DNA of 64,000 bases from Elusimicrobiota bacterium. Its GTDB lineage: Bacteria > Elusimicrobiota > Elusimicrobia > UBA1565. This document shows positions 18,101-25,730 of this stretch, one piece after another. Both the position numbers and the translations under genes were made by a program. The first letter of the stretch is position 1. The number at the start of each line of letters is the position of its first letter. The notes below the pieces were generated by a model. That model made no database searches. It saw only the letters and a program-made list of their open reading frames with translations, and was not told where the DNA came from. The stretch is from contig JBDREN010000083.1 in assembly GCA_043819795.1 (NCBI GenBank), positions 5,298-69,297 on the forward strand. Direction: 5' to 3'.

Positions 18101-20408
18101 CCGCTTCGTGTCCCCCGAGGATTGCCTCAAATCACATCCGCGCGGCTATTGCGATCGGTTCCGGTACAGCAGAGAGGAGCTCATGCGCGCGGTGCGCGGC
18201 TACGGCGCCCTGACCTGGGGCGACCGCCTGATCGAATCGGCCGAGGGCAAGAAGGGCGCGGCCTACTGCGCCACGGCCGGCGCGGGGTGGGGGCTCAAGG
18301 TGTTCGAGAACGTGGGCGAGACGCTCTTCAATCCCGTCATCTGGGCCACTTTCGGCGTGGGCAAGGGAGTGCAGGCCATGACGGCCATGCGCGCCGCGGG
18401 CAACAGCTCGCTCGCGGTCTCCGGCGCGCTCTCCACCGCTCGCGTCACGCACGCGCTCTTGAGCACGACGCTCTACAGCACGTGGGTCGTGGGCGGGGTG
18501 GACAACCTCGGCCAGACCGTGGTCGCGCTCCAGGAAGGCGACAGAGAACAGGCATTGAAGAAGTCGGCCGACCTCGGCACCGATCTCTTCTTCGTCTGGA
18601 TGATGGCCCGCGAGTCTCGCAGCCACAAGCTCCGCCAGAAGGCCCGACAGGCGCTCCTAAAGGAGCAAAGGCTGATCACAAAAGAATACAAGGCCGCTTC
18701 CAAAGCGGTCCGCACTAAGTCCGCGCACGCGACGAACGGCAAAGCCCCGGTCAAGAGCGCCGAGAAGGCGCTCCAGTCCAAGGCCGCGCACGCGACGAAC
18801 GGCAAAGCCCCGGTCAAGAGCGCCGAGAAGGCGCTCCAGTCCAAGGCCGCTCACGCGACGAACGGCAAAGCCCCGGTCAAGAGCGCCGAGAAGGCGATCC
18901 GTTCCAAGGCCGCGCACGCGCAGAAGCCCGCGAAGCCGGCCCCCGAGCCAAAAACGGAGGCCGCACGGGGCAAGACGACGGGCAAGGGCGAGACGCGGGC
19001 CACGAGCGGAGCCCCCAAGAAGCCGGCGCCGAGGACGATCAGGGAGCGCATGCACGAGTGGAAGGCCCGCCTGGTGGAGAACAAGCCCAGGGTCATGGAC
19101 TTTCTGAAGAAGCGTATGCCTAAGCTCAAGTCCTCTCAAGCATCCAAGGCCAAAGCGCTCAAGGCGCGCCAGACCGCAAGGCACACCAAGGCGAACCGGG
19201 CGAAGAAGACGGAATCCAAGTCCGGCAAGAATGCGAAGAGGGGAGGCGAGTCGCCGCTCCGGAATCTCGGCGAACGAGTCGTGGCGGTCGCCAAATCCTT
19301 GATCTCGAAGGGCAAGACGACGGGAAGGAAAGCCCGCAACGCCGGCAAGCTCAAGAAGGCCGCTGTCGCGCCCCGCGCAATCCTGAGTCCCGAGCTCAAC
19401 AGGTTCGCCTCCGAGACGGAGCCCGTACCCGCACCGGACCCGGCGGACTCGGACGCGCGATACACCGCCGATGAGGAGCCTGGAGAAGAGGCCGGCGTGG
19501 ATCCCGGGCAGCGCGGAGAAGACGACGGCCGCGCCGCCCGGGATGCCGCGAAGCCCCGGGCCGAGCCCTTGATCGGAGCCGGCCGCGCGGCGGATTCTCC
19601 CGCCGGCGCCCCGGATTCCGGCGGGGATCAGGCGAGCCCAGGCTCAGGCGGCGATTCCGGAAGCGAAGCCGGCGGCGGCGAGACCGGTTCGGGCACGGGA
19701 AGCGGCGCTCTGGGCGGCGGAAGTCTCGCGAGCGGATCGGGGAGCGGAGGCTCGGGCGGCGGCCGCAAGGGTGCGGGGCGGAATCCCCGCGTGCATGGGC
19801 GGGCGGGACAGAAGTTCGACGGTGGACGGACTACCGTCGCTCGCCTGACCCCGACTTCCCCCCGGCCGTTGCCCTCCCTGCAACCGGAGCGGCCCCGAAT
19901 CATGCCGAGAGCCCCCGAGCCCATAGATCCTTACCGCCAAGCGCACGCTTCGCCGGAGCGCCGGTCCGTCCCGCCAGTCGAGGAGAAACCCGCGCCCCGG
20001 GTGTCCAGGAAGAGTTCGCCGCCCGGGTTCAACGCGACGGGCGGGTCGGGCGGGTCTCTAGCGCCCGGCGGCCCGGAGTTCAAACCGCGGGACCCGTTCC
20101 CCGAGGGCAGGAAGGCGGCTCCGCCGGCGACACCTTCCCCGCCCCGAACCGAGGCGCGCAGCGGCGCTCCCGCCGCCGCGGCCGCCTCTCCCGCCGCGCA
20201 CGACGGCTTCTTCGAGATCCCGCGACACCGCCTCCGCCCGGCCGGCCACCTCCCCAACGGCCGCCTTCCCGAACGGGGGCAAGAGAGCCCCTACCGCGCG
20301 CACGCGCTCAGCCTCCTGCTGGAGCTGGCCGGGCTGGGGGCCGCGATCTACCTTTTTAGGCTCTCAAGATTCCCGTTCCTTATCGGCATCGCGCGCAAAC
20401 GTCTCTGA
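15168..20408 (+). CDS. giant secreted/membrane-anchored protein (1746 aa): signal peptide, large unknown domain, 3x21-aa tandem repeats, lysine/alanine-rich histone-H1-like basic region, G/S-rich and P-rich low-complexity region, C-terminal TM anchor
   Basis: Single long ORF; N-terminal MRRTNGPRWVLLAACALSLQGAARA; C-terminal LSLLLELAGLGAAIYLF; contains two in-frame copies of the 45-nt GC palindromic repeat. Confidence 0.7.
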   Translation: MRRTNGPRWVLLAACALSLQGAARAGTGPRPSPKRLQEEKLPGAIVARLPVPAAFASPGAPASTLSSPAVLLAREIDELFAGLSSETNDGTRALRQPAPEKAPPRGTGSGRLSSRSSPAAGTREPAEVFAALDRRLSDIRARIIDTIDDPEEVAILLARVDRIRGVLAKLRRAGETGQARSLSGAMAGLARALGRGTDDENLSRFETLVDRLMQARSLPPDRLGTIFDNTPEFPDSDVLAPVPAEGFKARAPRARASGAGVSQAALLDIDRYPRPLTGIRVDGGVVPKPRGPGTSAKAEPESEVGRPQRRAVTASQGLERSAVAALSPFAGLSPKGRQDLFRKDRAALRRELLAVGLRALEEGDAELEPYREDLDAADGRLSGMRKALLARLGFDAPPHNDQERSGRFATLTKEAPHLSLYFARRGIYQMRMRQAHGEHAVPPETRFAPWELGIEDGSEKAVVYATAKDGDRTFYGLRREFQDGSSRFAATDGAEGLVVVVSPSDSREIRTRIRFDDQGRPDRTRTSIIDTGTGKRIREEIADIARALTRFVDYDQAGDAVRVLTLDSGTGEQVVEDRRQGRRVATDKDGKVTITPIRGGAQAWQQQGRLDESGRFILDRLVREDGSVVERVSPHVLKISRDGKAQGYEIVVDSIFHGARGPEREAESSRIAREIIAALGYQDKDDRRSRPLSNWLSDTWTKDERTRGVAMTVDPRGRFQVVYSYKDGTKRIERAKYGLSTSYGDGKRELALVTLRPVHTDRQGRARLDPRRYREYLAGGGYNQWHSTFEFKKAGWFSNAKTIEHVSLIRYGRDGSLPRLGPGSGGERDGDSGSGRWTERGREKKDEFVNEVGGTSTFGIVGTAIHEAPVVGDVLQAGGAVGKTLWTGIMAAPPTFIYAVTKDTDYGLAMSGSYAKNPLVNRLVGDQGHLDRMDGKMWEVVLIEARENRRKDLDQMGYTEGNTDPEEHQRLLSQWRGDRFVSPEDCLKSHPRGYCDRFRYSREELMRAVRGYGALTWGDRLIESAEGKKGAAYCATAGAGWGLKVFENVGETLFNPVIWATFGVGKGVQAMTAMRAAGNSSLAVSGALSTARVTHALLSTTLYSTWVVGGVDNLGQTVVALQEGDREQALKKSADLGTDLFFVWMMARESRSHKLRQKARQALLKEQRLITKEYKAASKAVRTKSAHATNGKAPVKSAEKALQSKAAHATNGKAPVKSAEKALQSKAAHATNGKAPVKSAEKAIRSKAAHAQKPAKPAPEPKTEAARGKTTGKGETRATSGAPKKPAPRTIRERMHEWKARLVENKPRVMDFLKKRMPKLKSSQASKAKALKARQTARHTKANRAKKTESKSGKNAKRGGESPLRNLGERVVAVAKSLISKGKTTGRKARNAGKLKKAAVAPRAILSPELNRFASETEPVPAPDPADSDARYTADEEPGEEAGVDPGQRGEDDGRAARDAAKPRAEPLIGAGRAADSPAGAPDSGGDQASPGSGGDSGSEAGGGETGSGTGSGALGGGSLASGSGSGGSGGGRKGAGRNPRVHGRAGQKFDGGRTTVARLTPTSPRPLPSLQPERPRIMPRAPEPIDPYRQAHASPERRSVPPVEEKPAPRVSRKSSPPGFNATGGSGGSLAPGGPEFKPRDPFPEGRKAAPPATPSPPRTEARSGAPAAAAASPAAHDGFFEIPRHRLRPAGHLPNGRLPERGQESPYRAHALSLLLELAGLGAAIYLFRLSRFPFLIGIARKRL
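15899..15946 (+). repeat. 45-nt GC-rich palindromic repeat copy, in-frame inside giant secreted protein (EGFKARAPRARASGAG)
   Basis: Match to consensus GGAAGCCTTCAACGCCTGGGCCCCGCGAGCGAGGGCGAGCGGGAC. Confidence 0.6.
17606..17657 (+). repeat. 45-nt GC-rich palindromic repeat copy, in-frame inside giant secreted protein (GSLPRLGPGSGGERDG), flanked by GGACGGA direct repeats
   Basis: ggacggaagccttccacgcctgggtcccgggagcgggggcgagcgggacgga. Confidence 0.6.
18717..18905 (+). repeat. 3 x 63-bp perfect/near-perfect tandem repeats encoding KAAHATNGKAPVKSAEKALQS
   Basis: Units start 18717, 18780, 18843; partial fourth unit. Confidence 0.8.
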
Positions 20409-20450
20409 TGGTTCCGCAATTTGCTACACTCGGCAGGTAAACGCCCTGCC

Positions 20451-21470
20451 ATGAAGTGCCCGAACTGCCAGTTCGACATCAAAGAGTCCGTAGAGACATG
20501 CCCCTTCTGCAGCTTCGTGCTCCCCGTCGACGAGGAAGCGGAGCAGGACAATAAACCGCCCGATCTCCCATCGAGAACCGAGCAGACGGACCCCGCCGCG
20601 CCCAGCCTGATAGACCTGGACGGCGCGGATGTGGACCCCGAGGTCGGCCGGATCCCCAAGCGTCCGGAGGACGCGGCGGGCGCCGCACCGGAGCCGGTCC
20701 AAGCCCCGGAGCCGAAGCCCTCGGCTATGAAGTCAATCCTCACGTTGCTGGTCGCCGCCGCGATAGGCTTCGGCGGCTATCATCTGGGCCTGTTCGACAA
20801 CCTGCTGTCTTTGGCCGGCATCACGAGTGCGGCCCCGCAGCCCGAGGCGCAGACGGCCCGGCCCGGCCCGGACGCCCCCCGGCCCGCGCCGCCCTCTCCC
20901 GCCGCGCTCCCGACCTCATCGCCGGCCTCGGCGGGCGGCCCCATCGAGGAAGAGCCGCATCAGGGTCCGGCGGGCTCGGCGCTCGTCGACCCGCGCATGG
21001 CGGCGCTGCTGCAGGATCAGACCGCAGCGATCCAAGTCGAGCAGCCGCCTCCCCCCGAGCCCGAAGGAGACTGGGTATTCCTGGGGACGGTCTACGACAT
21101 GATCACGCTGAAGCCGATCCGCGACGCGCAGATGTTGTTCTTAAGCGGCAGCGCGCAGACCGACTACGACACGACCACGGATGCCAAGGGCCGCTACCGA
21201 ATCCGCCTGCCGGCGTCGACGCGCGACGACTACCGTTTGATCATCGACCATCCGGACTATCTGGCCGATTACTTCGACGAGAAGAGCCCCAGCTACCGGA
21301 CGGTCTCCCTCGCCGTCCGCCAACAGCTGCGCTCGGCCAAGCCGAAACTGGAGGCGTGGAAGGGCGTCGTGGGCAAGAACGCCCGCCGAGACATCGTCCT
21401 GTTCCCCGAGATCCCGGACCGGAACCTGCCCCCGGGAGAGTCCCACGGCGATTCCTTCCCGGCGCAATGA
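20451..21470 (+). CDS. zinc-ribbon (CPNC..CPFC) - TM - proline-rich linker - carboxypeptidase-regulatory-like domain protein
   Basis: MKCPNCQFDIKESVETCPFCSF; TM ILTLLVAAAIGFGGYHLGLF; C-terminal GTVYD..KPIRDAQ..TDAKGRYRIRLP. Confidence 0.6.
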   Translation: MKCPNCQFDIKESVETCPFCSFVLPVDEEAEQDNKPPDLPSRTEQTDPAAPSLIDLDGADVDPEVGRIPKRPEDAAGAAPEPVQAPEPKPSAMKSILTLLVAAAIGFGGYHLGLFDNLLSLAGITSAAPQPEAQTARPGPDAPRPAPPSPAALPTSSPASAGGPIEEEPHQGPAGSALVDPRMAALLQDQTAAIQVEQPPPPEPEGDWVFLGTVYDMITLKPIRDAQMLFLSGSAQTDYDTTTDAKGRYRIRLPASTRDDYRLIIDHPDYLADYFDEKSPSYRTVSLAVRQQLRSAKPKLEAWKGVVGKNARRDIVLFPEIPDRNLPPGESHGDSFPAQ

Positions 21471-22234
21471 CCGCGATGAATCTCGCGGGCTGCGCCCTGC
21501 TGATGCCGATCCTGCTGGCCGCCGCGCCCCCAGGAGCCGCCGCTCCCGGAATCCTCCCCGCTGAAAGCGCCGAAGCCGGCCCGGGCGAAGAGACTCTCGC
21601 CACCGGACAGTTCGGCAGCGTGCGCCGGCTCCTGGAACGGACATGGAAGATGGCCCGAGAGTGGTCGGAGGACGCCGCTCTCTACTCCGTCCTCGGGAAA
21701 ACGCCGCGTAATTCGGCGCGTTGGGAGCCTGAACAGTGGCAGTTCATCTTCGGAGACTCCAACGGCAAGGACGGCGCGTTCCTGGTTGTCTATGTCGATG
21801 GGGTCCTGCACGGCCGCGAGGGGATCAAGGGACAGGTCAGACTCACCGAGTTCTTCAAAGACGGGCATTTCGTGAATCGGAGTGCCCGGATCGTGGACTG
21901 GACGACGAACGACTACCGGGACTGCCGCCCGGTTTCGCCGAAATTCGCCGACACGCCGGTCCTCGAGGAGAAGATCCGCGACCTCAAGCTCGTCCCCAAC
22001 GAGCTCAGCCAGTTCCGCGTGGCGCTATTGCACCCCAGCAACAACAACTGCGACGGGCTCGGACACTTGAGCCTGTTCCTGCCCGAAAAACCGATCCCGC
22101 GCAAGCTGCTCAAGAGAAGCCTCTGGATCGTCACCGGCTCGAAGGCGACGACTTTCTTCGACGCGCGCACCGGCAAGAAGCTTTGGCGCCGCGCTCGGGA
22201 CCGATCCGGGAACGACCCGGCTCCAACAAAATAG
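21467..22234 (+). CDS. secreted hypothetical protein (signal peptide MTAMNLAGCALLMPILLAAAPPGAAA), start ATGA-overlaps upstream stop
   Basis: In-frame Met at 21467 overlapping TGA of preceding gene. Confidence 0.6.
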   Translation: MTAMNLAGCALLMPILLAAAPPGAAAPGILPAESAEAGPGEETLATGQFGSVRRLLERTWKMAREWSEDAALYSVLGKTPRNSARWEPEQWQFIFGDSNGKDGAFLVVYVDGVLHGREGIKGQVRLTEFFKDGHFVNRSARIVDWTTNDYRDCRPVSPKFADTPVLEEKIRDLKLVPNELSQFRVALLHPSNNNCDGLGHLSLFLPEKPIPRKLLKRSLWIVTGSKATTFFDARTGKKLWRRARDRSGNDPAPTK

Positions 22235-22287
22235 CTGGCGTCATCACGCCGGAATTGTGTATACTTTTATCCCGTTGACGCCGATTT

Positions 22288-22342
22288 AGAAAGCCACCGA
22301 CCCACTCCCCGTACGGCAACTCGCAGGTGGCTTTCTTCTTTT
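22288..22342 (+). terminator. stem (AAAGCCACC/GGTGGCTTT) with T-rich 3' tail TTTCTTCTTTT downstream of gene 21467..22234
   Basis: 9-bp stem, large loop, T-run. Confidence 0.35.
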
Positions 22343-22543
22343 CCCCCAAACCGAAGCGCCCCTACGACCTCATCGGCTTCGACTGCTGCGAAACGCTCAA
22401 TCAATATCGAGTTCGGGCTGGAGCAGGCCGGATACCGCCCCTACCGCCGGATCGTGGCCGCCGGTCCGCCGCCCGCCGCTGAATTTGCTATATAAGGGAA
22501 GCCGGCCGGAGCGGGAGGTACCCGTCACGCCGGAGCTTCACCC

Positions 22544-23572
22544 ATGAGCCCGGATTCGCCGAAGAAAATCCTCGTGATCGTCCTGGACAATCTGGGCGAC
22601 GTCGTCATGGGAAGCTCGCTGTTCGGACCTTTGCGGACGGCGTTCCCGCGAGCCGCCATCGGGATCTGGGTCAAGAAATACGCGGCCGGGGTATTCGACC
22701 TTCAGGGCTCCTCGATACGGGTGCACGCCGCCGACCTTTTCTGGGACAAGTCCCCGGGCCGCGGGAAAGGAGGCTGGAGACCGTTCCTGAGGACCCTGGG
22801 AGAGATCCGGGCGGAAGGCTACGATCTGGCTTTCGTTCTGAACGCCGAATGGAGGCGCTCGCTGGCCTGTCGGTGGGCGGGGATCCGCAACCGGGTGGGC
22901 CACGGGAAGAGGAAAGCCGGGATATTCCTCTCCCGCGCCGTCCCCGCGACGGGCGGGCGCAAGCACGTGGTCGAGGAGCACGCCGAGCTCTTCGCCGCTT
23001 GGACCGGCGCGCGCCTTCCGCTCTCCCGCTTCAAGCCGCAGATCGGCTTGTCCGACGGGCAGAGAAGGCGCGGAGAGGAGTGGGAATCGGGCCTGCGGTG
23101 GTCGGACAAGACCATCGTGGTGCTCCACGCCTTAACGGGCGATCCCGGGAAGGATTGGCCTCTGCGCAAGTGGACCCGGCTCGTCCGGCTCCTGTCCCGA
23201 CGGTCGGATGATTTCCGCTTCGTCGTCCTCAGCTCCCCGAAAGAAGCGAGCGTCCTTAACGGCGTCTTCGAGGCGTTTCCCAAGAGCGCCCTGCGGGTCT
23301 CGGTGGGTTCCGTGTCCGAGATCAAGCCGATCGTCTCCCGGGGCGACATATTCATCGGCGGGGACTCGGGCCCGGGCCATCTGGCCGCCGCGCTGGGGGT
23401 CCCGGTCGTCTCCCTCTTCGGTCCGACCGATCCGGACCGCTACAGGCCGATCGGGGACGCCCCCATCAAGGTCATCCGCCGCGATCCTTTGAGCGAGCTC
23501 TCCGTCGACGAGGTCATTGAGACCGTACTGGCGAGCAAGGCCTCGAATTTCCTAAGCTTCGCTACTCCGTGA
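22544..23572 (+). CDS. glycosyltransferase family 9 (LPS heptosyltransferase-like)
   Basis: KILVIVLDNLGDVVM N-terminal GT9 motif; GGDSGPGHLAAALGVPVVSLFGPTDP C-terminal motif. Confidence 0.8.
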   Translation: MSPDSPKKILVIVLDNLGDVVMGSSLFGPLRTAFPRAAIGIWVKKYAAGVFDLQGSSIRVHAADLFWDKSPGRGKGGWRPFLRTLGEIRAEGYDLAFVLNAEWRRSLACRWAGIRNRVGHGKRKAGIFLSRAVPATGGRKHVVEEHAELFAAWTGARLPLSRFKPQIGLSDGQRRRGEEWESGLRWSDKTIVVLHALTGDPGKDWPLRKWTRLVRLLSRRSDDFRFVVLSSPKEASVLNGVFEAFPKSALRVSVGSVSEIKPIVSRGDIFIGGDSGPGHLAAALGVPVVSLFGPTDPDRYRPIGDAPIKVIRRDPLSELSVDEVIETVLASKASNFLSFATP

Positions 23573-23597
23573 AGCCGGAGGCCAAGCGAGACATCCC

Positions 23598-24293
23598 ATG
23601 AACACACCCGCCGCCAAGCGCGAACTTCGCGATTTCAGGTCCCCCCGAGTGATCCGAGCCCAGAGCAACGTGGTCCGCCTTTGGCACGCTCGTGAAGGGC
23701 GGATCCGCACCTGGCAGGACGCCCGCCGGAGGATCCCGACGGCAAGGGGCCGGCTGCGCGAACTGGCGTCCTCGATCGCCAGGATCAACAGCTACCAGTG
23801 GCACGAGGAGGACAAGGCTCGGGCCACCGGCGTCCGCGATGGCGTGATCGCCCGGATCAAGCGGAACATCGACGCGTCCAACCAGCGCCGGGTGGACGAG
23901 ATCGAGAGGCTGGATTCGTGCCTGGAGACGTCTCTGAAGGAGCTGGGACTCCTTGGTGATCCGCGACTACCCTTGAGCTCCGAGACGCCGGGCAGCATCG
24001 CGGACAGGATATCGATCCTTATCCTCAAGATCTATCACATGAGCGAGCAGCGTCGCAGGAAGGACGCCACTGCCGCCCAGAGGCGGAGGTTTTCCGGCAA
24101 GGTCCGGATATTGAAGGAACAGCTGGCCGATCTCTCATCCTGTCTGGACGCCCTGATGGAGGACATCCTCGGGAAGAGTCGGCGGTTCAAGACCTATTTC
24201 CAGCTCAAGATGTACAACGACCCGGAGACCAACCCTTACATGAGAACCGCCCGGCGAGGTCAGGGCTCGCGCAAGCCGACCGCCCATCGCTGA
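23598..24293 (+). CDS. hypothetical protein conserved next to LPS-core glycosyltransferases (possibly DUF4254-like)
   Basis: ORF with ATG; family assignment from memory only. Confidence 0.55.
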   Translation: MNTPAAKRELRDFRSPRVIRAQSNVVRLWHAREGRIRTWQDARRRIPTARGRLRELASSIARINSYQWHEEDKARATGVRDGVIARIKRNIDASNQRRVDEIERLDSCLETSLKELGLLGDPRLPLSSETPGSIADRISILILKIYHMSEQRRRKDATAAQRRRFSGKVRILKEQLADLSSCLDALMEDILGKSRRFKTYFQLKMYNDPETNPYMRTARRGQGSRKPTAHR

Positions 24294-24305
24294 CGGTACG
24301 GCTCC

Positions 24306-25730
24306 GTGCCGAAGCCGGAACCGACACCGCGGCCGGAGACCCCGCCCATAGCGGGACGGAAGCCTTCAACGCCTGGGCCCCGCGAGCGAGGGCGAGCGGG
24401 ACGGACGCGCCGGCTGCTGGCCTTCGCGTTGCTCGCCGGGGCGTTGGCGCGCTTCGCAACGGCATTCCTCTATTGGGAAGCGCCGCTCAGCCCGGGCGGC
24501 GATGACCTCCAGTACCATGAGCTGGCCTCCGGGATCGCTTCCGGGCGGGGATACCTCCTGCAGGACGAGCCGAGCGCCTACCGCGGCCCTCTCTACCCCC
24601 TCTTTCTGGCGGCGGCCATGCGGGTGACGGCCAGCGACGCGCCCGGCGTCCTCCGGCTCATCCAGGCGATCCTGGGCCTGCTGGCCCTCTGGCTCGTCTA
24701 CCGTCTAGGCGCGGCCATCCATTCCCCCGAGGCGGGCGCCTGGGCGGCGATGCTCATGGCTCTCTATCCGGAGCAAGTCCTGCTCCCGACGTCGCTCTAC
24801 ACCGAATGCTTCTACGCCTTGATCCTGCTCGTCGTGGCGTGGGCGCTCGCATGCTGGCGGCAAGACCCCCGGCCGGCGCGGCTCGCGGGGCTCGGCGCCG
24901 CGATCGGCCTGAGCCTGCTGACGCGTTCGACGCTGGCGGCCTTGCCCGTCCTGCTCGCGGCTTGGCGGCTCGCGGAGCTCCGCGCCGGACGACGGTGGCT
25001 GCGGGAAACCGCCCTTCTCGCCGTGACCGTTCTGCTGCCGCTCACGCCCTGGATCGTCCGCAACTACGCGCGTTTCGGCAGGGTCATCCCCATGGAGACC
25101 GGCGTCGCCGGTCCCGCGTTATGGTACGCCTCCAAGGGCTGGGTCACGGCGCCCTCGGACATGTCCAGCGTGGAGCCGATGAGGACGATGTACCGGAGGC
25201 TTCCGCATACCGAGTGGGACCGCTTCGCGACGCCGCGAGCCCTGCGCAACATGCGGGCCCGCCCGATGGCGTATCTTCTCGGATGCGCGAAGAGGGCTCT
25301 CTACCTTTGGACCACCGCATACACCCCCTACCTGCTCTACTACCACCACCGCCTCTCGGCGTGGATGCAGAGCGGCGGCCGCTGGAGCTGGATCGCCCTG
25401 GGCGACTGGCTCCTTCGGCTCTGCCTGATCCTGCCGGGGGCCTGGGTACTGCTCCGCAGCGCGCGAAAACGCGGCGGAAGCCTTCAGCGCCTGGGCCCCG
25501 CACCGGCCTCCAACGCAAATCCAAAGGGAGGCCGGCACGGCGCCCCTACCGGGGTGGACGCCGCGAGCACGGGCGAGCGGGGGCTTTGGGCGGTGGCCGG
25601 TTTGGTCCTATACTTCCACATCCACGTCTTCGCGACGGTCTTCGTCCGCTACATGGCGCCGGTGACGCCCCTGCTGTGCGTCCTGGCCGGGGCGGGGTGG
25701 GCCGAGTGGCGAGCCTCGCGCCGAGGCTAA
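24306..25730 (+). CDS. GT-C family membrane glycosyltransferase (ArnT/PMT-like, GT83-type); start uncertain (GTG), N- and C-terminal regions each carry a copy of the 45-nt repeat
   Basis: Multiple TM helices, motif LSPGGDDLQYHELASGIASGRGY; repeat copies at 24353-24406 and 25474-25583 in frame. Confidence 0.7.
   Translation: MPKPEPTPRPETPPIAGRKPSTPGPRERGRAGRTRRLLAFALLAGALARFATAFLYWEAPLSPGGDDLQYHELASGIASGRGYLLQDEPSAYRGPLYPLFLAAAMRVTASDAPGVLRLIQAILGLLALWLVYRLGAAIHSPEAGAWAAMLMALYPEQVLLPTSLYTECFYALILLVVAWALACWRQDPRPARLAGLGAAIGLSLLTRSTLAALPVLLAAWRLAELRAGRRWLRETALLAVTVLLPLTPWIVRNYARFGRVIPMETGVAGPALWYASKGWVTAPSDMSSVEPMRTMYRRLPHTEWDRFATPRALRNMRARPMAYLLGCAKRALYLWTTAYTPYLLYYHHRLSAWMQSGGRWSWIALGDWLLRLCLILPGAWVLLRSARKRGGSLQRLGPAPASNANPKGGRHGAPTGVDAASTGERGLWAVAGLVLYFHIHVFATVFVRYMAPVTPLLCVLAGAGWAEWRASRRG
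24353..24406 (+). repeat. 45-nt GC-rich palindromic repeat copy (gggacggaAGCCTTCAACGCCTGGGCCCCGCGAGCGAGGGCGAGCgggacgga), translated as [15 protein letters not shown]
   Basis: Best-conserved exemplar; 8-bp flanking direct repeat GGGACGGA. Confidence 0.65.
25474..25583 (+). repeat. 45-nt repeat copy split by a ~62-nt nested hairpin insertion (CCGGCCTCC..GGAGGCCGG)
   Basis: 5' half ggaagccttcagcgcctgggccccgca and 3' half cgcgagcacgggcgagcggggg separated by insertion. Confidence 0.5.

Noticed and set aside
22240-22543. Promoter TGcTATATAA (22486-22496) for LPS cluster
   Set aside because: No acceptable -35 element; kept only as a remark.
24205-24465. Antisense ORFs containing PLALARGAQALKAS / [16 protein letters not shown] (also 61699..61893 -, 38517..38846 -, 15155..15973 -)
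   Set aside because: They are the 45-nt repeat translated on the opposite strand; no independent support.
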